From an uncultured bacterium (GTDB lineage: Bacteria; Krumholzibacteriota; Krumholzibacteriia; Krumholzibacteriales; Krumholzibacteriaceae): a stretch of 64,000 nt of DNA. The DNA lies in assembly GCA_963813815.1 (NCBI GenBank), contig CAWFAD010000008.1:96001-160000 (forward strand), written 5' to 3'. Below, piece after piece: positions 1-9,158 of this stretch (positions within the stretch are counted from its first letter, which is position 1; every line of letters begins with the position of its first letter). A program made the translations under genes and the position numbers. Below the pieces are notes generated by a model that ran no database searches, was not told where the DNA came from, and saw only the letters and a program-made list of their open reading frames with translations.

Positions 1-240
1 GACCTCGTCCTCGAGGCTCCGCCCCGCGGGGACCTCGCGCGTCTCGGTCGCGAACCCGTCCCCCCCCGATCGGCCGAAGTAGAGCGTCGCGCTGCGGGTC
101 TCGCCGGACACCTTCTCGGCGTCGGCCGGCGGGCGTTCGCGCCCCGGACGGAGCCGGGGCACGAGATACACGACGGCGACGCCCGCGGCGAGCGCCACGA
201 GCGCGATCATGATCTTGCGTCCGATGTTCGTACCGATCAC
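1..240 (-). CDS. GerMN-domain-like membrane-anchored protein, truncated by the window edge
   Basis: My translation gives (M)IGTNIGRKIMIALVALAAGVAVVYLVP...SATLYFGRSGGDGFATETREV. The GTG start overlaps the amidase TGA. An N-terminal TM helix plus 'LYF...E.R.V' next to an amidase is typical of GerMN proteins. Confidence 0.6.
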   Translation of the reverse strand, partial: MIGTNIGRKIMIALVALAAGVAVVYLVPRLRPGRERPPADAEKVSGETRSATLYFGRSGGDGFATETREVPAGRSLEDEV

Positions 241-1850
241 CCTTTCGGGACCGCGTACCTGCTCTGGAACGTGCGCACCGCTCCGACGATCGCCTCGGCG
301 ACGCGGTCGCGGAAGGCCGCGCTCTGAAGCAGCCGCTCCTCTTTCGCATTCGAGAGGAAACCGGTTTCGATGAGAACGCCCGGCATCGCGAGCCCCCGCA
401 GCACGTAGAGCCCCGCCTGCTTGACGCCGCGGTTGCGGATATCGAGCGACTTCGCCATCTCGCGCTGGATCAGCTCGGCGAGATCGCTGCTTTCGTTGAT
501 GTACTCGTTCTGGACCATGTCCCAGAGGATGAAATCGATGTCCGTGTCGCTCGCCTCGGGCCGGGCCGCCGACGCGCCCGCGGGGGCGTTCTCCTCGCGG
601 GCGAGCCGCTCCTCGTCGGCCGTCCGCGGCGGAGCGAGGAAAAACACCTCGAACCCCTGCGCGTCGGAGGTGAACCAGCCGTTGCAGTGAATGCTGATGA
701 AGATCTGCGCTCCCGCCGTGTTGGCCGTCTCGACGCGATCCTCGAAGGAGACGTCGACATCCTCGGCGCGCGTCATGACGACGTCGACGCCGAGCTCCTG
801 CATGAGCCGGTCGCGAAGCGTGAGCGCGATCGCGAGGTTGACGTCTTTTTCCATGAAACCGGAAGGGCTCACCCGTCCGGCGTTCGCGCCGCCGTGTCCG
901 GGATCGATGGCGATCGTGCGCACCGGATCGATGATGGCCCGGCGCGCCCCCTCCTCCAGCATCTCGATCATCTTCCTCCCGGCGAATTCCGCCGGGGGTA
1001 TATCGGGAAGCGGTCCGCGCTCGAGAAAGAGCACGAGTCGCCGCGAGGCGCCGTCGCGCTCCCCGGTCCCCGCCGCCTCGAACTCCACCTTGTAGCGCTT
1101 CACGGTCTTCTTGACGTCGAAATAGAGGTAGGTGTCGTGCTCCATCTGTTCGGCGCGCACGCGATTGAGAAGGCCCTTTCCGTCCGGAATCGCGAACTGC
1201 GCCGGATCGAGCCTGCCGCCGTATATCTTGAGGCGGAGTATCCCCGGCGTTTCGCTGTCGATGTGGTAGAGCAGCTCCTCGGTGAGCGTGAGCGCGGCGC
1301 GGGTCCCCTCGCGGCCGTCGGAGATCTCGATGCCCGTCACGTTGTATTCGGGGACGCCGATCGAGAGCAGCAGCCGCTGCCGGTCGAGCGAGATCTTGAG
1401 AGCCGAGCGCGGCGCGAGAATGTCCGTGATGAACTCGAGCGGGACCATGACGGCGCCGTCCTCGTACCGGACCGGAACGCGCATGAGCACCGGCGTCTCG
1501 TCCACGAGGACCGCTCGGGTGTCGAGCGTGAAGAGATACCGGCGGCTGCCGATCCGCATCACGAGCTTCCGGTTGCCGGGGTTCCAGAACTTCGTCGCCT
1601 TGAAGATGCGCGCGAGATCGAACGCGGATATGAAGAGCTCGTCGCTCTCCCGCTCGAGCTCGGCGAGCGCCACGTCCTCGGTCGGCCGGCCGTCGCTGTA
1701 GACGACGCCGAGGCTCTCCGACGACGCCGCCGATACGGCGCCGCCCCGCGCGGCGAGTACCGCGGCCGCGGCGAGAAACAGAAGCGCCATGCCGACCTTC
1801 CGCCTCATGATCCCTCGCGGGGCGCCGCCCGGGGACGGGCGCCCGCTCAT
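237..1850 (-). CDS. N-acetylmuramoyl-L-alanine amidase (Amidase_3) with N-terminal accessory domains
   Basis: Motifs IAIDPGHGG, EKDVNL, FISIHCN, LIETGFLSN. Hydrophobic signal segment present. ATG at 1850 overlaps the smpB stop (ATGA). Confidence 0.9.
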   Translation of the reverse strand: MSGRPSPGGAPRGIMRRKVGMALLFLAAAAVLAARGGAVSAASSESLGVVYSDGRPTEDVALAELERESDELFISAFDLARIFKATKFWNPGNRKLVMRIGSRRYLFTLDTRAVLVDETPVLMRVPVRYEDGAVMVPLEFITDILAPRSALKISLDRQRLLLSIGVPEYNVTGIEISDGREGTRAALTLTEELLYHIDSETPGILRLKIYGGRLDPAQFAIPDGKGLLNRVRAEQMEHDTYLYFDVKKTVKRYKVEFEAAGTGERDGASRRLVLFLERGPLPDIPPAEFAGRKMIEMLEEGARRAIIDPVRTIAIDPGHGGANAGRVSPSGFMEKDVNLAIALTLRDRLMQELGVDVVMTRAEDVDVSFEDRVETANTAGAQIFISIHCNGWFTSDAQGFEVFFLAPPRTADEERLAREENAPAGASAARPEASDTDIDFILWDMVQNEYINESSDLAELIQREMAKSLDIRNRGVKQAGLYVLRGLAMPGVLIETGFLSNAKEERLLQSAAFRDRVAEAIVGAVRTFQSRYAVPKG

Positions 1851-2305
1851 TTCCTCCGTTCCCGTTCCTTGATTTCCCGCTGCATGTCGCGGTCGGCCTC
1901 GCGTTCGGCGATCGCGCGGCGCTTGTCGATGTCCTTCTTGCCGCGGGCGAGCCCGAGCTCGACCTTCACCTTGCCGGCATCGTTGAAATAGAGCCGCAGC
2001 GGCACGACGGTGAACCCCTTTTCCTGCAACTTTCCGTACAGCCGCTGGATTTCCTTTTCGTGCACGAGCAGCTTGCGCGTGCGCGTCGGCTCGTGATTGA
2101 AACGGTTGCCCTTCGAGTAGACGCTGATGTGCGCGTGGTGGAGCCACAGCTCGCCGGCCTCGATGGCCGCGTACGAGTCCTTGAGGTGAGCCGCGTTCTC
2201 GCGGAGCGATTTCACCTCGGTCCCCACGAGCGCGATGCCCGCCTCCATCGTCTCGACGATGTTGTAGTCGTGGCGGGCCTTTCTATTCGTGCAGATGACT
2301 TTCAT
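1847..2305 (-). CDS. smpB: SsrA-binding protein SmpB
   Basis: NRKARHDY, EAGIALVGTEVKSLR, RKLL, GKKDIDKR are characteristic SmpB motifs. Confidence 0.97.
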   Translation of the reverse strand: MKVICTNRKARHDYNIVETMEAGIALVGTEVKSLRENAAHLKDSYAAIEAGELWLHHAHISVYSKGNRFNHEPTRTRKLLVHEKEIQRLYGKLQEKGFTVVPLRLYFNDAGKVKVELGLARGKKDIDKRRAIAEREADRDMQREIKERERRK

Positions 2306-2535
2306 GGCGGCGCGCCGCGAGGGCGCATTCAACCTTTGCCGGGGCCGTGCGCGCGCGTAGCGCGAGCGCATTTCCCGGCTCGATTCACGCGTAACCTATC
2401 AGGAAGGCATCGGGCGCGCAAGCAAATTTGCCCCTTCCGGCGAAGGCTATCCCGATGGGCGCGCGTCAGTTTCGCTCTTGAACCGGAGCCGCCGATGTAC
2501 TATCTATGCGATATGCGCAATCACGGGAGCGACCT

Positions 2536-3159
2536 ATGACGAACGACGCGGCGCCATCCGGCGCGGGCGGCGCGAAGCCGAAGAGCACCTACCTTCCCCG
2601 CCTCATGCCCGTCGGCGCGGCCATCATACTGCTCATGATCCTCGTTCCCATGCTGCGGGAAGGACGGCGGAAGCCGTTCTCCCCGGCGGCCGTCGAGCCG
2701 CCGCTCGCGATGTCGCTGTACTCCACGGGGCATGCCCGGCTCGACTCGCTCGCGAACGAAGGGCTCCGGCACTTCGGGAGGCGCGAGTACGAGCGCGCAG
2801 CTCGATTCCTCGCCGAGGCGCATTTTCACTGGAACGTGAGGGTTCGCGAGGGCGTCGCGGAGCGGTACCCGGAGGACCTGCGGTTCTACCTCGGGCTCGC
2901 GCATTTCTATCGGGGCCGCCCGGAGCAGGGCGCGCCGCTCATCGAGGAAGAAGAGCTGGGCAATCCCTTCGGGGGAAAATACCCGTGGTTCCTCGCGAAC
3001 GTCTATTTCGCCCTCGGGCGGAAGGACGCGGGGAGGGCGAAGCTCGAACGCGCGGCGGCGCTCGGAGAGGCCTACGCCCCCGAGGCCCGAGCGGCGCTCG
3101 AGGCCCTCGGCGGCGTAACTCCAAGCGGCTCAAACGAGAAGGTCCCGCCCTCGCCTTGA
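2536..3159 (+). CDS. Membrane-anchored tetratricopeptide-repeat-like protein
   Basis: N-terminal TM segment (VGAAIILLMILVP) and TPR-like helices (FYLGLAHFYRG, WFLANVYFALG). Confidence 0.6.
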   Translation: MTNDAAPSGAGGAKPKSTYLPRLMPVGAAIILLMILVPMLREGRRKPFSPAAVEPPLAMSLYSTGHARLDSLANEGLRHFGRREYERAARFLAEAHFHWNVRVREGVAERYPEDLRFYLGLAHFYRGRPEQGAPLIEEEELGNPFGGKYPWFLANVYFALGRKDAGRAKLERAAALGEAYAPEARAALEALGGVTPSGSNEKVPPSP

Positions 3160-3184
3160 CAAGGCGGAGCGTTTCCGTTATCCT
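3156..3184 (+). promoter_or_regulatory. sigma70-type promoter of tRNA-Leu
   Basis: TTGACA-N17-TATCCT ending 26 nt upstream of the tRNA. Confidence 0.75.
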
Positions 3185-3210
3185 TTCGCTTTGCAGAGCG
3201 CGGTATCTAT

Positions 3211-3293
3211 GCCTGAGTGGTGGAACTGGTAGACGCGCTGCGTTCAGGGCGCAGTGGGGATTCCCCGTGGGGGTTCAAATCCCCCCTCAGGCA
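3211..3293 (+). tRNA. tRNA-Leu (anticodon CAG), CCA not encoded
   Basis: Acceptor stem GCCTGAG/CTCAGGC plus discriminator A. D-loop TGGTA. Anticodon arm CTGCG-TTCAGGG-CGCAG. Long variable arm. T-arm GGGGG-TTCAAAT-CCCCC. Confidence 0.97.
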
Positions 3294-3322
3294 TTTTCAT
3301 TTTCCGTAACCGGAGGGGGGCT

Positions 3323-3721
3323 ATGGAAATTACCGTTCGTTTTCCCGGCAACAAGAAGGTGGACGCCGAGCTTCGAGGCTTCACGATCATGACCGATCAG
3401 CCGAAGGCGGCCGGAGGGGACGACTCGGCGCCGACGCCGTTCGAGCACTTTCTCTCGTCCATCGCCACCTGCAGCGGCATCTACGTCCTCGATTTCTGCC
3501 GCAACCGCGGCATCCCGCTCGACAACGTGCGGCTCGTGGAGAAGATCGCGCGACACCCGGAGACTCACATGGTCACGGACATCACGGTCTCGATCGAGCT
3601 TCCCCCCGATTTTCCCGACAAGTACCGCGACTCGCTCATCCGCGCGGTGGATCTCTGCACGGTGAAGAAGCACATCATGAATCCTCCCCGCTTCGAGATC
3701 GAAGCGGTGAGGGCGAAGTAG
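3323..3721 (+). CDS. OsmC-family protein
   Basis: TDQP..AGGDDSAPTPFE.FLSSIATC and a second Cys in LCTVKK. GGAGG RBS. Confidence 0.9.
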   Translation: MEITVRFPGNKKVDAELRGFTIMTDQPKAAGGDDSAPTPFEHFLSSIATCSGIYVLDFCRNRGIPLDNVRLVEKIARHPETHMVTDITVSIELPPDFPDKYRDSLIRAVDLCTVKKHIMNPPRFEIEAVRAK

Positions 3722-3739
3722 CGGCGGCGCGCGACATCC

Positions 3740-4615
3740 GTGGCCGAATCGATATTCATAACGGGAGCGGCCGGCAAAACCGGCCGCTCGCTGCTCGCCC
3801 TTCTCGCGCGCGACCCGGAGCTCTCCTCCTCGCGGATCACCTGCCTCTCCCGGCCCGGCGGCCGCTGCGAAGCGCTTCTCCCCTACGGCGTGCGCATCGC
3901 CGGCGGAGACGCATCGAAGGGGCAAAGCCTCGCCGCGGTGTACGGCGGAGAGGAGATCGTCATCCACCTTTCATCGATATTTCACGCCGGGGCGGTGCTC
4001 GAGGGCTGCCGCGGCATGAAGCGGCTCGTCGCGGTGAGCTCGACGCGGATCTTCTCGCCGTCGTGGAAGCGCGCGAGGGAGATCGAGGCGGCCGAGCGGG
4101 CGATCGCGGAGTCCGGCGTGCCGTTCACGATCCTTCGCCCGACCATGATCTACGGGACGGCGGATGACCGGAACGTCTCGCAGCTCATCCGCCTCGTCGA
4201 GAAATGGCCCCTCCTGTTCCTCCCCGGGGGCGGCGGATCGATCTTTCAACCGGTGCACGTGGAGGATCTCGCCTCCTGCATCCTCGCCGCGATGAGATCT
4301 CCGGCGAGCCTCGGCAAAACATACGACGTCCCCGGCGGAAGCGCCCATTCCCTGCGGGAGATCGTGGAGATGATCGCCGGCGGGCTCGGGAAGAGGGTCT
4401 CGATCGTTCCCGTGCCGCTCCCCGTCGCGGAAGCCGGCGCCTCGCTCCTCCGCTTGGCCGGAGGCCGCTGGGCCCGGAGCGCCGAGCAGGTCCGGCGGCT
4501 TCGCGAGGGCAGGCCGTTCGATTACGCGGACGCGGCGCGGGATCTCTCCTACTCGCCGAGGACCTTTTCGGAAGGCCTCGCGCCGCAGATACGCTCGATG
4601 TCCGCGCCCCGCTGA
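3740..4615 (+). CDS. NAD(P)-dependent epimerase/dehydratase-like atypical SDR
   Basis: IFITGAAGKTG Rossmann motif, TILRPTMIYG, QPVHVEDLA. Confidence 0.85.
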   Translation: MAESIFITGAAGKTGRSLLALLARDPELSSSRITCLSRPGGRCEALLPYGVRIAGGDASKGQSLAAVYGGEEIVIHLSSIFHAGAVLEGCRGMKRLVAVSSTRIFSPSWKRAREIEAAERAIAESGVPFTILRPTMIYGTADDRNVSQLIRLVEKWPLLFLPGGGGSIFQPVHVEDLASCILAAMRSPASLGKTYDVPGGSAHSLREIVEMIAGGLGKRVSIVPVPLPVAEAGASLLRLAGGRWARSAEQVRRLREGRPFDYADAARDLSYSPRTFSEGLAPQIRSMSAPR

Positions 4616-4618
4616 TTC

Positions 4619-4680
4619 CGCGGCCCGGCGAACGCTTTTCCAGTTGATCGCGCGGCCCGGTGAACGCCTTTCCAAATGAT
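4619..4680. repeat. Imperfect tandem direct repeat, two 30-nt copies with period 32
   Basis: CGCGGCCCGGCGAACGCTTTTCCAGTTGAT (4619-4648) versus CGCGGCCCGGTGAACGCCTTTCCAAATGAT (4651-4680). Confidence 0.8.
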
Positions 4681-4735
4681 TATTCGGCCCCGTTGTGATA
4701 CAATTTATCCGTTCGCTTTTCACAGGGGGGTCGCC

Positions 4736-6148
4736 ATGAAATCTGCTATCGCTTCGGTCGTCGCGGGCCTCGCCGTTCTCGCGGCCGTCTCAACGGGACC
4801 GGCCTCGGCAGCGACGTACTTCGGACTCTACGCCGACGAGAACCGCTCGATCACGACCGTGAGCGGAACGCCCTATTACAGCGCCGAGATCTGGATCTGG
4901 GCGCTGCCGGACGAAGACGGGATGATGGCCGCCGAGTTCGGCATGGCATATCCGTCGAACGTCATACCATCGACCATCACCTGGAACAGCGCGATCTCCA
5001 TGAAGCTCGGGAGCCTTCCGGGAGGGATCAGCGTCGCCTTCAGCGCCTGTCAGGAAGGATGGACGTGGATCGCGCACCAGACGATCTGGGTGATGAACGA
5101 GGAGTACAGCGAGGTGAAACTCGTGCCGCCTTCGGGGGCAACCGCCATACAGATCGCGACATGCGGAATGGGGTACCCGATCGAGCCCGCGAGCGTGCTC
5201 TCCGGCACCATCAGCCTCAACTGCGAGTCCCTCCTCGAATCCCTCGAGCCCAAGCTCACCTCGGTCGAAGCGGTCGCTCCGAACGTCGTCCTCGCCACGT
5301 TCAGCGAATGGCTGGCCTCCGAGGCGTACTGGTTTCCGGAGCCGCACCACTTCCGCGTCATGAGCCTGACGAGCCCTCCGGAGACGCTCGCCGTTCTCGA
5401 GGCGTGGTTCAACGATGGCTATAACTACACCATCAGGCTCGTGCTGGGGGAGAATCTCGTCCCGAACACGAGCTACGTCCTCGAGGCGTACGAGATATGC
5501 CACAACATCTACTCGCTCTGCTGCGTTTGCTACTGCCTCGCCTGCGCCGACTCCGAGATGGAGTTCACCTCGGCGCCCATCGCGACGCTTCTCGCCGGAT
5601 CCTCCGTCGAGCTCGTCTCCGGGGGAATCCAGGTGAGCTGGAGCCTCGGCGCTCCGGCCGACGGGATTTCATTCCTCCCGGCGCGGCGCGAGAGCGGAGA
5701 CTCGGCGTTCGAGCCGCTCGCTGCCGACGTCATCGAGGACGGAACGCTCTCGTACCGCTTCGTCGACGCGAACGTTCGGCCGGGAACCACGGTCAAGTAC
5801 GCGATCGACTGCGTGATCGACGGCGAGCGGAGCGCGCTCTTCGAGACCGAATGGGTCGAGACGCCCGCGGCGAGGTTCGCTCTTCATCAGAACCTCCCGA
5901 ACCCGTTCAATCCGTCGACGCGCGTCGCCTTCGAGCTCGGGGAGCCCTGCCGGACGACGCTCTTTGTGTACGACGTCTCGGGAAAGCTCGTGCGGACGCT
6001 CATTGACGAGACGCTCCCCGCCGGCGCGCACGACGTCGAGTGGGACGGACGGGACGGCGCCGGGCGGCGGTGCGCGAGCGGCATCTACTTCTACCGGCTC
6101 CGGGCCGGATCCTTCGCGGAGACGAAAAAGATGGTGCTCCTGCGGTAG
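4736..6148 (+). CDS. Secreted protein with C-terminal FlgD-Ig/T9SS-type sorting domain
   Basis: Signal peptide ending ASA. C-terminus LHQNLPNPFNPSTRVAF...WDGRDGAG..CASGIYFYRL...TKKMVLLR. Confidence 0.85.
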   Translation: MKSAIASVVAGLAVLAAVSTGPASAATYFGLYADENRSITTVSGTPYYSAEIWIWALPDEDGMMAAEFGMAYPSNVIPSTITWNSAISMKLGSLPGGISVAFSACQEGWTWIAHQTIWVMNEEYSEVKLVPPSGATAIQIATCGMGYPIEPASVLSGTISLNCESLLESLEPKLTSVEAVAPNVVLATFSEWLASEAYWFPEPHHFRVMSLTSPPETLAVLEAWFNDGYNYTIRLVLGENLVPNTSYVLEAYEICHNIYSLCCVCYCLACADSEMEFTSAPIATLLAGSSVELVSGGIQVSWSLGAPADGISFLPARRESGDSAFEPLAADVIEDGTLSYRFVDANVRPGTTVKYAIDCVIDGERSALFETEWVETPAARFALHQNLPNPFNPSTRVAFELGEPCRTTLFVYDVSGKLVRTLIDETLPAGAHDVEWDGRDGAGRRCASGIYFYRLRAGSFAETKKMVLLR

Positions 6149-6179
6149 GCGCCTCCCGCCGCGACGGCCGAAAAACGGC

Positions 6180-6210
6180 GAGGGGCGGACATCGCGTCCG
6201 CCCCTCTTTT
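6180..6210 (+). terminator. Intrinsic terminator
   Basis: GAGGGGCGGAC-atcgc-GTCCGCCCCTC followed by TTTT, between convergent genes. Confidence 0.8.
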
Positions 6211-6236
6211 CTATCCGGCCCGGCCGCCCTTCGCGG

Positions 6237-7625
6237 CTATTCGATCGTGTCGATGTTCACGACCTCGATCGCGCCGAGCCCCTCAAGCTGCTCTTTCGTC
6301 TCGCCGTACTTCGTCATGAGGAACAAGAAGTTGCCGTCGAGCCAGTAGCGTTCCCGGGCCACCTTCAGGCAATCGTCCGCCGTCACGGCGTCGACCTTCG
6401 CGGAGTACTCCTCGACGTACGTGAGCGGTATGCCGTAATAGGTGAGCTCGACGAGCCAGTTCGCGAGATCGCGGTTCGTCTCGAGATCGAAGGGGAAAAG
6501 CCCCGTGACGTACTTCTTCGCGCTCGCGAGCTCCGCGTCGGTGAGCTTTTCGGTCCGCATCCGGCGCACCTGCTCGAGCGCGACGTCGACGCATTCGCGG
6601 AGCGACGCGTTCTTCGTGTACGTATAGACGCCGAAGAGGCCGCCGTGCTTGAGGTTCATGTTGACGCTCCGCGCCCCGTAGGAAAGCCCGCGGTTCACGC
6701 GGATCTCGTCCATGAGCCTCGACGTGAAGCCGCCACCGAGCACCGTGTTCGACACGACGAGCGGAAACTCCTCGCTCGTGCCTCGCGGAACGGTGACGTT
6801 TCCGAATCTGATCTGCGACTGCGTCGCGTCCGCCTTGTCGACGACGAGCACGCGGCGGCCGGCGCTCTCCCTCGGCTCGAGAGCCGGGATCGCCGATGCC
6901 TCGGCCTCTCCCTTCCAGCCGCCGAATCGCGCCTTGACGAGATCGAGAGCCTTCTTCGCGTCGACGTCTCCGACGACGGCGAGCACCGCGCCGCGCGGCA
7001 CGTAGTTCGCCCGGTAGAAGGCGAGCACCCCGTCGCGCGTTATCGCGCCCACGCTCTCCTCGCTCCCCTCGACCGGGTGCGCGTAGGGATGATCCCCGGC
7101 GAGCGAGCGCACGAACTCGCGCGTGGCGAGCGCCATGGGATTGTCTTTCGTGCCGGCTATCTCGGCCGCGATGAGACCCTTTTCGCGCGCGAGCTCTTCC
7201 TCGGGGAAGGCCGGGTCGAGCGTGATCTTGGCGAGCATGTCGACGGCGAGCGCGAGATCCTTGGCCATGAAGTTCGCGTACGCGCCCGAGTAATCGCGGC
7301 CCGTGAGACAGCGTATCGAGCCGCCGGCCGCCTCGATCATTTCGGCGATCTCGTCGGCGGTCAGGCCGCCCGCGCCCTTCATGAGGAGCCGGCCCGTCAG
7401 ATTGGCGACACCCTCGCCCCCCGCCCCGTCCATCGCGGACCCCGCCGGAACGAGGACGGCGACGGTGACGAGCGGCACCTCGCGCGTCTCCATGACGAAC
7501 ACCTTGAGGCCGTTCGCGAGCGTGCGTTCCGCGCGCGGCGGGAGCGTTACGGCGCCCGTGCCGGCGAGAGCGGCGGCGTGCATCGCGAAGGCGGCCGCGA
7601 GCGCGGCCAGAATGAGCTTCTTCAT
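6237..7625 (-). CDS. M16B peptidase, non-catalytic subunit
   Basis: LANGLKV, LGGGFTSRLMDEIRVNRGLSYG (R-Y substrate-binding motif). No HxxEH. Signal peptide. Confidence 0.9.
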   Translation of the reverse strand: MKKLILAALAAAFAMHAAALAGTGAVTLPPRAERTLANGLKVFVMETREVPLVTVAVLVPAGSAMDGAGGEGVANLTGRLLMKGAGGLTADEIAEMIEAAGGSIRCLTGRDYSGAYANFMAKDLALAVDMLAKITLDPAFPEEELAREKGLIAAEIAGTKDNPMALATREFVRSLAGDHPYAHPVEGSEESVGAITRDGVLAFYRANYVPRGAVLAVVGDVDAKKALDLVKARFGGWKGEAEASAIPALEPRESAGRRVLVVDKADATQSQIRFGNVTVPRGTSEEFPLVVSNTVLGGGFTSRLMDEIRVNRGLSYGARSVNMNLKHGGLFGVYTYTKNASLRECVDVALEQVRRMRTEKLTDAELASAKKYVTGLFPFDLETNRDLANWLVELTYYGIPLTYVEEYSAKVDAVTADDCLKVARERYWLDGNFLFLMTKYGETKEQLEGLGAIEVVNIDTIE

Positions 7626-7641
7626 AGATTCTTCCCTTCCC

Positions 7642-9018
7642 TTACGCTTCCGGAATGAGCGTCATGACGCTGCGGTTCGCCGGCTTGAAATACTGCCCCG
7701 CGACGCGCTTCACGTCCTCGATGGTGACCGCCTGATAGCGATCCTGAACTTTGTAGATCTCGTTGAAATCGCCGAAGAGGAGCTCGTAGCGGCCGATCTT
7801 GCCGGCCTTGCCGTTCACCGTCTGGATGCTGTTGTAGAACTGGGCGAGAACGCCGTTCTTCGCCTTTTCGAGCTCCTTCGCCGCGATGCCGTTCGCCGCT
7901 ATGGCCTCGAGCTCCGCGTAGAACGCCTTTTCGCCGTCGGCCGGATTCATCCCGGGCCTCATCTTGATGTCGACGGTGAAGAGCCCCGGATTGATCTTCC
8001 ATTCGGCCCCGCACTGGGCGTAGACGGCGACGCCGAGATCGCGCACGAGCTTCTTGTAGAGTCGCGAGCTCTCTCCGTCGCTCAGCACGATCTGAAGAAT
8101 GTCGAGCGCATAGATGTCGGAGGATCGCACGTCCGGAATGTGGTATCCCATGAGCACGCCGGGCATCTCGGCGCTCTTGCGCAGCTCGCCCCGGCGCTCC
8201 CCCGACTGCTCCGGCTCCACCGTCCGCACCGCGGGAACCGGGGGCTGCGCGGGAATGTCGTCGTAGTACCGGTGCACGAGCGCGAGCGCCTGCTTCGTGT
8301 CGAAATCGCCCACGATCACGAGCACGGCGTTGTTCGGAGCGTAGTAGCTCTTCCAGTAGCCCACCGCGTCGTCCCTCGTGATGCTCTCGAGATCGGACAT
8401 CCATCCGATGACGCCCCAGCCGTACGGGTGCGCCTTGTACGCGAGCGCGGCGAGCTCCTCGACCATCATGCCGTCGACCGAGTTATCGACGCCGAGGCGC
8501 CGCTCCTCGCGGATGACGCCGAGCTCGGTCTCGACGATCTCCGGCTTGAGCGCGAGCGACCTCATGCGATCGCTGTCGAGATCGAGGCAGAGCTCGAGAT
8601 TGTTGCTCGCGAAATCCTCGAAGTACGCCGTCATGTCCTCGGAGGTGTACGCGTTCGAGTATCCTCCGTTCGACTCGAGGATGCGGTCGAACTCCTTGGG
8701 ACCGTACTTTTCGGCGCCGTTGAACATCATATGCTCGATGAAATGCGAGATGCCGGTGATGCCGGGGCGCTCGTTCCGCGCGCCGACGCGATAGAAGGTC
8801 CAGCGGCTCGTGATCGGCACCGAGTGGTCCTCGACGAGAATCACCTTCATGCCGTTCCGCAGGGTTTCCACCGTCGCCGGAAACCTCGCGAGCTCGGCCC
8901 CTGCGGCGCCCTTTTTGGCGGCCGCGGCCGGCGGGACCGAGGCGAGCGCGGCGACCACGAAGAGCGCCGCGAGCGGCGCCGCGAGTCGGCGCGCGAAACG
9001 ATCGAGTGCGGGGGTCAT
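7642..9018 (-). CDS. M16B zinc peptidase, catalytic subunit
   Basis: GISHFIEHMMF (HxxEH), NAYTS, VIREERR. Signal peptide. Confidence 0.92.
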   Translation of the reverse strand: MTPALDRFARRLAAPLAALFVVAALASVPPAAAAKKGAAGAELARFPATVETLRNGMKVILVEDHSVPITSRWTFYRVGARNERPGITGISHFIEHMMFNGAEKYGPKEFDRILESNGGYSNAYTSEDMTAYFEDFASNNLELCLDLDSDRMRSLALKPEIVETELGVIREERRLGVDNSVDGMMVEELAALAYKAHPYGWGVIGWMSDLESITRDDAVGYWKSYYAPNNAVLVIVGDFDTKQALALVHRYYDDIPAQPPVPAVRTVEPEQSGERRGELRKSAEMPGVLMGYHIPDVRSSDIYALDILQIVLSDGESSRLYKKLVRDLGVAVYAQCGAEWKINPGLFTVDIKMRPGMNPADGEKAFYAELEAIAANGIAAKELEKAKNGVLAQFYNSIQTVNGKAGKIGRYELLFGDFNEIYKVQDRYQAVTIEDVKRVAGQYFKPANRSVMTLIPEA

Positions 9019-9158
9019 CGACAACCTCCTTTTCGAAGAGAGAAACCGAATCGATTCGATCTTGCCCGGGCGAAAAATACGCGGGCAGGCGCCGCGGCCT
9101 TTCGCCCGCGCGCCTCGATGCCGTTCCGGGGGGGCAACCACGTCCGCATCGCGACGCC

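Noticed and set aside
1851..2147. N-terminal extension of the amidase ORF overlapping smpB
   Set aside because: It is an alternate frame of smpB. The ATGA coupling at 1847-1850 gives a better start.
2306..2535. Possible tmRNA (ssrA) beside smpB
   Set aside because: The region is too short and lacks the GGGG...TCCACCA tRNA-like ends.
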